This document shows positions 12,651 through 26,408 of a DNA stretch of 64,000 nt, piece after piece. The number at the start of each line of letters is the position of its first letter. The first letter of the stretch is position 1. The notes beneath the pieces were generated by a model. It was not told the DNA's origin and did not search any database. It was given only the letters and a program-made list of their open reading frames with translations. The stretch is from contig OX597821.1 of NCBI GenBank assembly GCA_951406725.2, positions 19,158,001-19,222,000 of the forward strand, read 5' to 3'. The stretch is from Octopus vulgaris (taxonomy: Eukaryota). Made by a program: the position numbers and the translations under genes.

Positions 12651-13275
12651 ATCTAGAGTAGGAAAAATATAATGTCTTCTGGCTGCTGTTGCATATTGTG
12701 CTATTTGTCGGAATGAGTATCGAATGGAATTCTCGATGTTCATCTCACCACAGCCTTTACCGCCATTTATTTGTGGATTTTTATTTTATTTTAAAGCAAG
12801 CAGAGCGTTCAAATCATTTAGTTTGCTTCTGAAAATAAAATTGAAGAATATGTATAATTAATTTCTAAGTTTTCATTGTTCCTCACATAACATATAATAA
12901 ATTTACTAAAATTTATAAAGTTTTTAATCATTGATAGCCGGGTATTTTATCTGCCTTTGTCGCAGTAAACATAGGAATTTTATCTGCTTGAAAATACAAG
13001 GTAGTTCTTGAGATGTTTACGAACCAAATATTTTAGCACTAATTGTAGGTACAACTAAAATACTCTGTTCTGTATAAAGAGTATTTCAGTAGTCTTTCAT
13101 CATATTTTCTTTAACATAAATGCTGCGTAGCTAATCTCCAAATCAGTATAGAGTATTTGTTTGCATCCCCAAACGATTATATCTCGGATTTTGTCTATAC
13201 TTGTGTTTACTCTGAATGTTTTGATTGGTCTGTTCTCCCTGTATTCAACATGAGGAATGCGTGTGAAGGCATGAA

Positions 13276-13279
<4 letters not shown>

Positions 13280-13348
<69 letters not shown>

Positions 13349-13489
13349 GTATATATATATATATATATATATACATATATGTGTATATATATATATGTAT
13401 ATGTATATAGAGAAATGTATATATGTATATACATGTGTGTCTATGTGAATATATATATATATATGCATATATGTATATGTACACATATA

Positions 13490-13578
<89 letters not shown>

Positions 13579-14398
13579 ATACATACATACATACACACAC
13601 GTATATACATATGTATGTGTGTGTGCGCCTTAATATGTGTGTATATTCATGTATTTATTCATATGTATGAAATACTCAGACACAAATTTATGTTTGTACA
13701 AACACACGATCACACACACAGGCAGGCACATAGAGGGAGAAAGGGAGAGAGAGAGAGAGAGAGAAAGAAAGAGAAAGAAAGGTAGAGAATGAGTGAGATA
13801 GAGTGCCATTGATTGTATGGTACATCTATGGATGTATAAAGAAAAAAGCTTAGTTCAGGAAAGCCACAGGATTAGAAACAGGAACACACACGACGAAAGA
13901 CGTAAATGCATCCATACATCCAATCATAGATATATACATATCTACGATTCAATTGCAGAGATACGAATAAATTTTTGTATTATCATTAATGAACAATACC
14001 TCGACATAGTATAGTATAAGCAGAACAATAAGCAATACAATAACCTCTCATATACATATGGATATAAGTTAATATATGTATATGTTTGTTTATGGGTATA
14101 TATATATATATATATATACATGTAGATATGTATATATATATATAGACATATATATATATATATGTATATATATATACACACACGTATGTATATATGTGTA
14201 TATATACATATATAAATATATATGTATATGTGTATGTTTATATATATGTATGTATATATGTACATAGATACATATATATGTATACATACATATATATATA
14301 CATGTATATATACCTATATATACATATATACCTACATGTATATATATGTACATATATTCATACATGTATATATATATGTATATATATGTATATATATG

Positions 14399-14444
<46 letters not shown>

Positions 14445-14574
14445 TATATAAAACGCACATATATATGGTTACATGAAGATATATATATATATAGAGATAT
14501 CGATCTTATATGTATAAATATAAATGGATATATGTATATATATTTGTATGTGTTAGCGTGTGTGTTTTTTAGTT

Positions 14575-14619
<45 letters not shown>

Positions 14620-15102
14620 ATGTGTGTGTGCGCAAACAAGGCACCGTATCATACGAATAAGTATAACAATAAGCAGAACGGCAAAATAATGATTCAAAAC
14701 TTAACCCAAAGGGCGATGGAAGAAAGAGAAGAATAGAATTGTTTGTTTCATTGTAGCAACCATTGTTATCAATTTAAACAATAAATAATAATCTAAATAA
14801 TTGCACAATCATCATCTATAGGTTCTCTCCTCAAAAACTGAAGATTACTGTTGTTTAGTTTGCTGCAAGATATTATATGTGCCTACGCCAACTGTGTAGG
14901 TGTGCGTGTTTGTGTGTATGTGTGTGTACATGTATGTATATATATATATGTACAAGTACATATATACATGTATATATATACATATATATATACATGTTTA
15001 TACATGTATATGTACATGCATATATATATATACACACACACATATATATATATATATATACATGTACATATATGTATATATATACATAGATATACATGTA
15101 TA

Positions 15103-15140
<38 letters not shown>

Positions 15141-15156
15141 TATATATACATATAGA

Positions 15157-15203
<47 letters not shown>

Positions 15204-15230
15204 ATGTGTTTGCGTGTATATATGTGCGTG
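13280..15230. repeat. Compound (TA)n/(TG)n degenerate microsatellite fields
   Basis: Read directly; these explain the many Y/I/C/V ORFs here. Confidence 0.85.
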
Positions 15231-15539
15231 GTTGCTCGTATAACACGAGTATCATAGAAGATACATACGTTCCTTACTACAGTGTTATGTTCCATTAAGC
15301 CAGCTTTGGCACATCGACATAGAATTGAATCATCTGGGTGTTTTCTATCGCTTCTCTGTTTACCAAGGATAAGCTTTACTGGTGAGTCTTTTGGTGTAAT
15401 GGTTGAACAAAGAAGTGATAGAAGGTGCTGGTACTAGCATGTATAGTGACGGTTTAGAATATGGAATAGCAAAATAAGTACTCCTATGTACCTTTTGCAG
15501 ACATCAAGTGAAGGAGCTTGTTAGATTTAATTAGCATTT

Positions 15540-17400
15540 TGCTGTCTGTCAAAAAACTATAGGTATGTTCCGTCAGGACAGATGTTAGTGTTTTGTACAT
15601 AGTTGTTAAGCAGGTTATGGGTCTATAGTTTTTTGGTTCATTTGTTTCTTCACTTTTTGGAAGCAGGAATGTTAACCCATTAACTAGCCAAGGAGGCATC
15701 TTACTAGGGTTTGCAAAACATCATTGTAAAGTTCTGGTGGCAGTTCATGGCTCTCTGGGAAGGCATTCAACCAAAAGTTAGGGATTTTATCCTTTCCTGG
15801 AGACTTCCATTTGCTTGACCTCCTGAGAGCAGATCTTATATCTTCTACCTTGATACCCTACCACTTTTGCTCTTGTAAGGAGTCCAGTTCTTTAGATATT
15901 CTATCAATCCCGGGGGCATTTTCGCTGTGTTTTTTCTTCTGCCCAAATTTTATTCCAAAATCCCTGCACTTCTTCTTTTGATGGTACAGACTTTACAGTA
16001 ACTGGTGTTTTTCCTATCTTCCTGTAAAAATTTTTGGGGTTATTTTTGAACATGTTGTTGTCCCTGAAGAATCTAACACGCTTTTCATATCTCGCTATGC
16101 GGGCAGCTTTAGCAGATACCTTTTGCTTGATGGTTTCTATGGTGGCATCAATATCAAGTATAGTTTTCATATATTTTTTCATTAGTTTTTGTGTTTTTGT
16201 AGGTTTGGTAGTCTTATGAACCTTAATGTTTTTCAAATATTCAATGTCAGATCTAAATAGTTTAATTTGTTGTTGCAAACGCTCTTGCCAAGAAGGCTTT
16301 TTGTGGAAATGTTGCCGTTTTCTAATCTTTTCACCACATAGGATCGTTGAGATTTTCGCGGATGCATAGTATAGGTGGTTGAGATCTGTGATATCAACAT
16401 CATTAGCTGAAATTATATCCTTAAGTGCAAGCCGGGTTTTACCAATTATTTTCATGTTTTGGTTAGAGTTGCGGATTTTAGGGAGTGCATCACGTTCATC
16501 CATACTGGTTTCTTTAATTTTCAGCCATTCAATCATGATTTGACTATTTAGCTCATGTAGTTCTGTCAGGTCAATATTTGTGTGACTTTCTTCATGTATT
16601 TGATGTTCATCTGTCTTAGTGTTTATATTTGGTTCAGGGAGTATTTCACTTTGCCTATCACTTATACTAACTCTTTCAATCCTTACTTCGTTTTTATTAG
16701 CTCTGAGCTGGTCTATAATTATTTCCTCTGTATTATCTTCTTTAGCTGCGGCTTCGTTCATTCTATCCGTTACTGCTTGTCAAATTTGATCAATCTCTAC
16801 TTCAGTCAGTAATTTTTTTTTATAATGTTTCTTCTGACGTTGGCACGTTTGTTACTGTCTATGTAGGGTCTTACTTCAGCGTGTTTCTGTCTCCAGTTTA
16901 AGTAGGTTCGTATAGTGTTCGATTTATCTGTGGGGAAATATATGGCATGGTAGAAGGCCGCAAGAACTTCATTATTATCTTTCCTAGTCCATTTTTCCTT
17001 CTTTTTATTTTGAGTGTTTGGTGACGAGCATGGATGGCCATCCGTTGGAATATTCCTGTTGCGAGGTACGTCCAGCTCCTGTGTGTCGGGAAGATTTGAT
17101 CCAGTAGCTGATTTTTCAATCAGACTTTGGTTCAATTTTCGGGTACTTGGTCTTTTGTAGTCCGCTCGCCGACCATCGCGGATTGTAGGTTGCTTTGTTG
17201 ACATTGAAGCATGACGAGCTTCCATACTTACATTAGGAGATGGATCTGTCAGTTTAGGATTCTCTGCACGTAAACATTGTTCGTAGCGCAGCTTCTTAAG
17301 GCTAACAGATCTGTATTCGTCTGTATTTTTTTGTTGATAGTTTTATCTCCGGTCATAGTTTTCCCTTTTTTTTTAAACTTATGAAAGGGTCACTCTGCCT
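15540..17400 (-). mobile_element. R4/Dong-type element 5' portion (N-terminal region to start of RT), frameshifted
   Basis: KWTRKDN..., KAARIARYEKRVRFFRDNNMFKNNPKNFYRKI, GLTFLLPK..PKNYRPITCLTTMYKTLTS across ORFs 16806-17225, 15904-16761 and 15484-15699. Confidence 0.85.
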
Positions 17401-18289
17401 GTATTAGTTCGAAAAATGAGAATAAAATACGAGAAAAAAAATTATCATCATCACTATCATCACCGTCATCATCATCAATGACATTGTTTTATGTGTAGTC
17501 ACAGGGGTAGCTTATTATTATTATTATTCTTATTCTTTTCACTATCACCATCGTCACGGTAAAGTGGTCATGTTCTATAGGTCTATAAATAGATTCAGCA
17601 GATGGTGGACAAAGGACATTTTGGGTCAGGAAAAGGTCAAACCTGTTTACTAGTACCAGCGTTATATTGAAAAGCAATCCAGCTATATATATATATACCC
17701 ATACACATATGTATATGTATATTCACACACGCATATTTTCTGATATTCACGCCGATGATTTTTTAAATTTCTGAGTTCAATTGTGTTGTTGCAATAAAAG
17801 TTTACGTGTTTACGTGTTTGGGTAATATATTAAAATTTTTAAGTATTCTTGAGATGTCCATTTGGAAAATACAATAAGATTTTTGCAAAGGGAAGAATGT
17901 TTATATTTTCGAATGCTCAGAAATTTTTCTTTTCTTTTTAAAAGTTATGCTGTGGTTTACAGTTTTTGTACTTGTGCAGTGTATATATATATTGGCAGGC
18001 GCTTACTTCCATAGTTTTTTTTATCGTGCATTTAACTGTGTTGTTACAATAAAAGGCAAAGAAGGGACGGCAGACTGTTCACACAAAATTGGAGATATTT
18101 ATGATTCTAAATTATTTGTTAGGTGTTCGCTTGTATGTGCAAAGCTGTAGATATGTAAGTTCCTTAACTTATTTTGAGGGAAATTCAAATTACTCACAGA
18201 AAACAGTAGATCTTCCAGTTTTTCCGTTGTCACGCTGGGTTGGTCAGAGCAGCGAAAAACACGTCCAGCTTCTATCACGTCCAGCCGCT

Positions 18290-18359
18290 ATCATCGTCAT
18301 CATCATCATCATCATCATCATTATCATCATCATCATCATTATTATTATCATTATAATTA

Positions 18360-18433
<74 letters not shown>

Positions 18434-18470
18434 TTGTTGTTGTTGTTGTTATTGTTATTGTTATTATTAT
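18290..18470. repeat. (ATC)n(ATT)n(GTT)n compound microsatellite
   Basis: Read directly. Confidence 0.9.
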
Positions 18471-19235
18471 TAAAGAAAATACATTATGGACAAGAAACGA
18501 CAAAACAAAGAATGTGTGCGTGTGTATAATAATAACGACCACAAGCAACACTACACTGAGAACATTATCATGAGAACCAAGACCAACAACACGTCCAACA
18601 TGAACACCATATCGAGCACCATAACCAGCTTTAACGAAAAAAAAAATGAAAAGAAATAAACTTACAACCGCGATGATGACTAACGCCAACGATCTCAACA
18701 ACACAAACAAAGCAAGTATCTGAGTCACCGCTAAACGCTATTATAAGTATAAGAACAATCACCACCATAACTACATAACAATCATGATAAAGCGTCCTCA
18801 CGCAATCACCATCTACACCTCCCGCATCACATTTCACATCGATACCACGTTAATTATAAACGCCACTTCCAAATCAACCATAAATCGAAACATAAGCCAA
18901 GCCCACGCAAATAGGGGAAAATAATGAAAACTGAAAAAATAATCATCACTCAATGCTCCATATTTCTCGATTTGCTTCCGGCCAAGTTTTCACTGCTAGT
19001 CTCTGTGGTTAAGAAATTAAATCAACGACAAAACAACGTCATAAACACATACGCTGTGTAATTATTGTATTCATACCTACTTATTTAATGAGCTTTCTAT
19101 ATTTAGAAAATTAAGAGCGACACAAATAATTTTTCTTTTTGTTTTTCATATTGTGTATTGTTAATTTACAGTATTGAAATTGCTATCTTTTAGAAGATTG
19201 TTTCCAAATATTAAGAATTAAACGCAAAAGAGTCT

Positions 19236-19358
<123 letters not shown>

Positions 19359-19359
19359 G

Positions 19360-19402
<43 letters not shown>

Positions 19403-20073
19403 GTGTGTATATATATATACATATATATATATATGTGTGTGTGTGTGTGTATGTGTGTAAGCGTGTATCTACGTATGTATGCATGTATGTATTATGAATG
19501 CATGTGTATGTATGTGTGCACGTGTGTAAGTGGGTGTGTCAGAATTTATTTCATTCTGCTTTTTCCAAGAGCTCTACTGAGAATATTCTAACTTACGGCG
19601 CTATTTAGATCCAAAGATTCACACATAATTACTTGGAAAACAATAAAGTGCAAGTATGTGCCTATATACATATGCATGTGTATATATATGTATACACACA
19701 CACACACACATATCTATATATGAATTTAATATGGGTATATGAGTTTGTGTGCCTGTGCAACGTGTGTATGTACGTGCGTATATATGTGCCTGTGCATGGG
19801 AAAAATGAGCTCAGGTAAACAAGTGCAACCCGTAGGACGATATAGGGACATGGAAATACTTCCCATGCATTAGCTATTGATTGGAGAACGAAGCAATTTC
19901 ATTCATTTCGTTCATTATTGCTCACATCAATGAGCCGACGAACTGACGTCCAGATTATACCAAAAATGAGATCCTGCAACATATTTACGTTTAGGTGTGT
20001 GTGCATGTGTATGCGTGTGTATGCGTGTGTGCTTATGCTGCGCGCGGGTATGTAAGTGTATATGTGCGTGCGT

Positions 20074-20108
<35 letters not shown>

Positions 20109-20362
20109 TGTGTAGTATTGTTTGATAGTCGTGTATATCGCCAAGGAAGCTAATATGTAAGTATATTTATACATGGTAAATAGGTTAAAACACTTATAGA
20201 AGGAAAAATAGCTCTGGCCATTGGATTGTCATTTAGAGCGATGTATATATATATATGTGTGTGTGTGTGTACATTGTAATCATCATGTTGAACCGTCCGT
20301 TAATTCCTACATATATTTTTCCGTCTCCGTTTTTTTCTCTGTTTTCGTTTTTTTTTAAAAAT

Positions 20363-20400
20363 TCTTTGTGTCGAAGAGCGTAGGCTCGAAACGTCAAAGA
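20363..20400 (+). ncRNA. Hammerhead-like fold, family A (GUGUCGA core, GUC site)
   Basis: TCTTT-GTGTCGA-A-GAGC(GTAG)GCTC-GAAA-CG-TC-AAAGA. Confidence 0.5.
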
Positions 20401-20489
20401 CTTTTCAGTTCAGTTCTATATTTCAGAGATGAGGAATTATGTACATTATTTACAATTCACGGATATTTGTCCTCATCTTGTTTGTTGTT

Positions 20490-20535
20490 AACACAATGTT
20501 TCGGCTGATATACCCTCTAGCCTTCATCAGGTGTC
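20490..20535 (-). ncRNA. Minimal type-I hammerhead ribozyme, intact CUGAUGA/GAAA core
   Basis: Reverse complement: GACAC-CTGATGA-A-GGCT..AGCC-GAAA-CA-TT-GTGTT. Confidence 0.7.
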
Positions 20536-20580
20536 TTGGGGAAATTTCGAACCTGGGTTCTCATTCCTAAGGTATTTTTC

Positions 20581-20619
<39 letters not shown>

Positions 20620-20623
20620 GCTG

Positions 20624-20676
<53 letters not shown>

Positions 20677-20785
20677 GTTGTTGTTGTTGTTGTTGTTGCT
20701 GTTGTTGTTGTTGTTCAGCTCACTGCCTGGAGTCGAACTGCGAATCTTGGGGTTAGTAGCCCGCACTCTTAACCCCACGGGTATA

Positions 20786-20843
20786 TTGCGTAGTGGTTAA
20801 AGCGCGGGCTGCTAACCCGAAAATTCCAAGTTCGATTCCAGGT
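20786..20843 (+). promoter_or_regulatory. tRNA-like Pol III internal promoter (A and B boxes)
   Basis: TTGCGTAGTGG (A box), anticodon-arm-like CGGG-CTGCTAA-CCCG, GTTCGATTCC (B box, 20830-20839). Confidence 0.65.
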
Positions 20844-20848
20844 ATTGA

Positions 20849-20919
<71 letters not shown>

Positions 20920-20978
20920 GTAATAACAACATCGAAAAATACCTTGGGAATGAGAACCTAGGTTCGAAATTTCTCCAA

Positions 20979-21024
20979 GACACCTGATGATGGTTGGAGG
21001 GTATATCAGCCGAAACGTTGTGTT
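20979..21024 (+). ncRNA. Minimal type-I hammerhead ribozyme, intact CUGAUGA/GAAA core
   Basis: GACAC-CTGATGA-T-GGTTG(GAGGGTATAT)CAGCC-GAAA-CG-TT-GTGTT. Confidence 0.75.
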
Positions 21025-21239
21025 GACAATAAACAAGGTGAGGATAAATATCTGTCAAATGTAAATAATGTAAATAAGGTACATTTGAATTCTTCGCGAG
21101 CGTTAAGCTAATACACCTGCTTGCTGTTCTTCTACTTATCCTCGTCTTTTGTTTTCTATAAATGTGGAGCCTACTTATCTATGTATGTATGTATGTATGT
21201 ATGTATGTATGTATGTATGTATGTATGTATGTATGTATG

Positions 21240-21410
<171 letters not shown>

Positions 21411-21482
21411 TCATGTATATATGTATGTGTATGTTTGTGTGTGTGTGTGTGTGTGTCTGTGTTTGTGTACTTACATTGACAT

Positions 21483-21612
21483 GCCGGAGCCTCATGGAGC
21501 TTTAGGTATTTTTGCTCAATAAACACTGACAACGTCCAATCTGGAAATCGAAACCGCGCGATCCCACGACCGGGAGTCCGCTACCCTAACCACGGGGCTA
21601 TTGCGCGTCCAC
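21483..21612 (-). mobile_element. Partial tRNA-SINE head (core 1)
   Basis: Matches 10133-10261. Confidence 0.75.
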
Positions 21613-21738
21613 GATATGATATACATTGCTGCAAAATCCCACTGTTTTTCTAGATGTAAAACTTAGCTGAAATAATTCAAGATGCGTATCAAGTCTTCAG
21701 CCTGCAGATGTTTTCATTAAATTTCATCAGTACTCGGT

Positions 21739-22081
21739 GAAGGCGCGTGGCTCAGTAGTTAGAGCGTCGAGCTCACGATCGTGAGGTTGTGAGCTCGAAT
21801 CCCGGACCGGGCTGGGTGTTGTGTTCTTGAGCAAGACACTTTATTTCACATTGCTCCAGTTCACTCAGCTGTAGAAATGAGTTGCGACGTCACAGGTGCC
21901 AAGCTGTATCGGCCCTTGCCTTTCCCTTGGATAACATCGGTGACGTGGAGAGGGGAGGCCGGTATACATGGGCGACTGCTGGTCTTCCATAAAAAAAAAC
22001 AACCTTGCCCAGACTTGTGCCTCAGAGGGTAACTCGCTAGGTGCAAACCCATGGTCAGTGTCTGACTGAAGGGGGTCACTA
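21739..22081 (+). mobile_element. Full-length tRNA-SINE (core 2 + tail D) with 8-bp TSD
   Basis: A box TGGCTCAGTAG, B box GCTCGAATCCC; TSD TACTCGGT at 21731-21738 and 22082-22089. Confidence 0.88.
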
Positions 22082-23015
22082 TACTCGGTCTAACCTCAAA
22101 TAAAACACGACATCCTGCTAGGTTAAATAACGAAATGTTTGAAGCAAATGGAGATATGACGCTTAAATCCATCATTTTTTAACAGTTAAATAAATGTGAG
22201 TCTGACTTTACACCGCCTTTCCAGCAGAAATATCTTCTGACGTTTTAGCTTGTATTTTATCTAAAAAGGAGAATAATGAGAACATGTGGCAGTCTTCATA
22301 TATAATGACCCAAACCTTATAGAATAATATAAGAGTTAGAAATTTCCAGAAACAAGAATTAAAACTTTAAAGAGTGCAGCACGTTATAATACTGAATGCG
22401 ATCTTAAATCAATATGTTACTTAAATGTCGACCAAGACATTTAGGCAACATTAGAAAAGAAAGATTGAATAAAAAGATTATCAAATGATTAGTAATCCTT
22501 TAAAGCTCATTGAATTCAAAACCTATTAAAATCACGTGACTTTGTGATAACCAGCAGCAAAGATGGTAGCCATCTTCAAGCTATGATTTGTTTGTAGGTT
22601 TTCTTTGAAAATCTAAATGGAACAAATTTAGAAGGTTTCGTCAATTGATTATTGAACAAGAATGTTATAATATACTATTTGTATTACGATATTAGGTGCA
22701 ACTGAACAAGTTGAGGTGGCATAATCGTTAGAATGTTTCACAGAATGGTTCCTAGTATTTCTTTTGAATCACTGTTGTTTGGGTTCACACCTAACCGAGG
22801 TAAACTATGCCTTTCTTCCTTTAACCGTCACTGAAAAAAAACAACTTTGTCCAAGTAAAATATAACAAACAAAAAGGCCTCCAAAACCATATTCATACAT
22901 GTGCACATACAAGTATAACCTGAACCTTAGAGGCACATCTATCGAGTCAATTTTAAGAACCACATTTACAGCAGTGGTGTATGTGTATAATATATATATA
23001 TATATATATATATAC

Positions 23016-23165
23016 ACAACGGGCTTCTTTGCGTTTCCGTCTACCGAATCCACTCGCACGGCTTTGGTCGGCCTGAGGCTATAGTAGAAGACACTTGCCC
23101 AAGGTGCCACCCGAAGCCATGTGGTTGGTAAGCAAGCTATTTACCACACACCCACTCCTATGCCT
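23016..23165 (-). mobile_element. Partial GGCGCAGGAGTGG-family SINE
   Basis: Reverse complement of the 24404 head. Confidence 0.8.
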
Positions 23166-23204
23166 ATAAGACCAGACACACACACACACACACACACATA
23201 CACA

Positions 23205-23268
<64 letters not shown>

Positions 23269-23477
23269 CCCCGAAATTCCTGGCCTTGTGCCAACATTCG
23301 AAACCAATATTAATACATGCTACAAAAGTATAGTATACTGATCCTTTTATAAATAAGCTACATACAACTACATATACTTACGTACTAATATGTTCACTGT
23401 GTATGTCCATTTAACTTTGAAATCGCCGTTCGTTGTCGATTTATGTGTATGTATGTATGTATGTATGTATGTATGTA

Positions 23478-23512
<35 letters not shown>

Positions 23513-23853
23513 AACAGCCATCCAACAAATGTCTTAAGGATGTATCATGCGCGGGGACATAGAAATAATCGGACTGAATACCCGATCGCGCGGTTAAACC
23601 ATTGGGAGTGAAGGACTCCTAGCCTTTGTTAGGGCATCCTTCTAGAAGAAGGTAACTCAGGTAACTGGGATAACTCCGACATAAAACCTGCGGCTCAGTG
23701 GTTACCGATGATGTTGACTTGTTCTTCTTTTCGGATTATGACTGCTGTTGCTTAGTGAGTGGGATTGACTCAATGCACAGCCTTTCCTCACAATAACAAC
23801 ATTGATTACGCTTCGTGCAATGGCCATACTCGATAACGAGGGGGCAGCCACCA
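23513..23853 (+). mobile_element. Short RTE-like non-autonomous element with (TATG)n tail
   Basis: GGGCATCCTTCTAGAAGAAGGTAACTC..AAAACC resembles RTE 5' UTR motifs; CATACTCGATAACGAGGGGGCAGCC resembles RTE 3' ends; the same 3' end recurs at 24092-24132. Confidence 0.5.
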
Positions 23854-24023
23854 TGTATATATGTATGTAAGTATGTATGTATGTATGTATGTATGTATGT
23901 ATGTATGTATGTATGTGTGTGTGTGTGTGTGTGTGTGTACGTACGTATGTATGTATGTATGTATGTATGTATGTATGTATGTATGTATGTATGTATGTAT
24001 GTATGTATGTATGTATGTATGTA

Positions 24024-24060
<37 letters not shown>

Positions 24061-24403
24061 CACATTCGATCACAGCACCAGTAACAGTTAAGCTTCGTGC
24101 AATGGCCATACTCGATAACAAGGGGCCGGCCATAATAATGTATGAATGTATGTATAGATAGCTAGTTCTTTCTCTCTCTATCTATCTATTTATATTAAAT
24201 CAATTATAAATACAAACAAACATATATAACAGAGTCAACAGACTTGCAAGCAGCATTCACAGGTAATACTATTAACTTGACGCTGAAATAAGCGACAAAA
24301 AAATGAAGTTAAAAATTATAAACTAAAAAATATATAATGTTTGAGGACATAGATCTGAGTCGAATATATAGAAGAACATCCAAGGAAGAGGGGAAAATAG
24401 ATA

Positions 24404-24815
24404 GGCGCAGGAGTGGCTCTGTGGTAAGTAGCTTGCTAACCAACCACATGGTTCCGGGTTCAGTCCCACTGCGTGGCATCTTGGGCAAGTGTCTTCTGCT
24501 ATAGCCCTAGGCCGACCAATGCCTTGTGAGTGGATTTGGTAGACAGAAACTGAAAGAAGCCTGTCGTATATATGTATATATATGTGTGTGTGTGTGTGTG
24601 TGTTTGTGTGTTTGTGTTTGTCCCCCTAGCATTGCTTGACAACCGATTCTGGTGTGTTTACGTCCCCGTCACTTAGCGGTTCGGCAAAAGAGATCGATAG
24701 AATAAGTACTGGGCTTACAAAAAGAATAAGTCCCGGGGTCGATTTGCTCGACTAAAGGCGGTACTCCAGCATGGCCGCAGTCAAATGACTGAAACAAGTA
24801 AAAGAGTAAAAGAGT
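24404..24815 (+). mobile_element. Full-length GGCGCAGGAGTGG-family tRNA-SINE with internal (TA)n(TG)n and (TAAAAGAG)n tail
   Basis: Near-identical to 58481-58892; B-box-like GGTTCAGTCCC. Confidence 0.9.
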
Positions 24816-25520
24816 AAGAAGAGAAGATAGAAGGGGAGAGAAGGAGGGAGAGTGGAAGAGAGAGAGAGAGATGGGAAGAGAGGAGTATGGGAGATAGAAA
24901 CCAGGGAAGAAACTGTGCAGGGGAAAGAGAAGGAAGGTGTAACAGTTAGGGACGAATAAAGAAGATTCACAATTAGGGGTGAAGCATCGACGTACTTATT
25001 AAGATAATCGGGTTCGTTTGTCGTAATTCAATGGTGGAAGATAATCCAAGAATTACGGCCAGACGAGGAAAGATCGCGTGAGCGTGCGACGCATACTCAT
25101 AAATTCGCGCGAGCTTGCACACGCACGCAAACGCTCAAACACACACACGATAGCGGCGATAATATTTTTTTCTTTATGGTATTATATTGTTCTTGCTGTT
25201 AATATTAATTTTTAATAGACTAATTAGGATTTCGCTAAATCACCCATGAATTTGTGATAAAAAATGTACAATACCGGCAGATGGATTTAACCAAACCATC
25301 GACAATTCGAGTAGTCACAACTGACATTGCTTATGAAATAAGCAAAAGTAGTCTAGTCTACTGATTCTAGACACGGTCGTGGAGTGGCTATCTTCTCTGT
25401 CAGTGTATATGTATTGCCCTCTAACAGCCTTTAGAGGCTTTAACTCAACCCCAGCAATATAGGCGCTTCGGCACCCTCAGCCACATGTAGTGACGACAGA
25501 AGTTATATATTTATATATAG

Positions 25521-25942
25521 AGACGCAAGAGTGGCTGAGTGTTAAGTAGGCTGCTTAACAACCTCATGGTTCTGGGTTCAGTCCCACTGCGTGCCACCAT
25601 GGGCAGGTATCTTCTACTATAGCCTCGAGCCGACCAAAGCCTTGTGAGTAGATTTGGTAGACGGAAACCGAAAGAAGCCCATCGTATATATTATATGTAT
25701 ATGTGCGTGTGGGTGTTTGTGTGTGTGCATGTTTGTGTATTTTGTTTGCCCTCCCCACCATCGCTTGACAACCAATGCTGGTGTGTTTACGTCCCCGTAA
25801 ATTAACGGTTCGGCAAAAGGCGCCGATAGAATAAGTAATAGGCTTACAAAGAATAGGTCATGGCATCGATTTCTTCGACTAAATGCTTGTGCTCCAGCAT
25901 GGCGGCAGTCAAATGGCTGAAACACGTAAAAGAATAAAAGAA
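25521..25942 (+). mobile_element. GGCGCAGGAGTGG-family SINE
   Basis: Collinear with 24404-24815. Confidence 0.88.
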
Positions 25943-26205
25943 TATATGTATACGGTGCATTTCAGAAGTTTTAAGACTTTTTCAGGAGTGAAATTTATTA
26001 ATTTCAAAGTAGTACAAAACGCTAGACTCTTTCAAAACCCTCTAATTTTAATGCCTTTGTCGTAGAGCTGTCGCCAATTCTCGAAGGTCCCGTGTGACGC
26101 TTCCAAAATGATAGTGTCCAGAACCCTTATCACTGGCTCCTTAAACTTATCCTTTAGCTTGGCGAATAGTTAAAAACCCCAGAGAGAAAGATATGAGTTG
26201 TAGGG

Positions 26206-26373
26206 AGGCGTAGGAGTGGCTGTGTGGTAAGTAGGTTGCTTACGAGCCACATGGTTCTGAGTTCAGTCCCACTGCGTGGCACCTTGGGCAATTGTCTTCT
26301 AATATAGCCCCGGGCCGACCAAAGCCTTGTGAGTGGATTTAGTAGACGGAAACTGAAAGAAACCCGTCGAATA

Positions 26374-26408
<35 letters not shown>

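Larger units (their letters stand above)
20411..21080. mobile_element. Head-to-head pair of tRNA-head/(AAT)n/hammerhead units (family B)
   Basis: Left unit on - (20411-20779) and right unit on + (20789-21080), with a 9-nt spacer GGTATATTG. Confidence 0.8.
20290..21175 (+). mobile_element. HHR family A element split by a nested insertion (20411-21080)
   Basis: HHR-like motif at 20363-20400; the family's downstream GAGCGTTA..TAATACA sequence resumes at about 21090. Confidence 0.6.

Noticed and set aside
11769-12743. Single 324-aa protein with poly-N/poly-K linker
   Set aside because: Chance in-frame fusion of two LINE fragments through (AAT)n(AAG)n.
23810-24132. CRISPR-like repeat-spacer or HDV ribozyme (GGCCGGC on the minus strand)
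   Set aside because: Only two copies, the spacer is a microsatellite, the context is eukaryotic, and no HDV pseudoknot could be formed.
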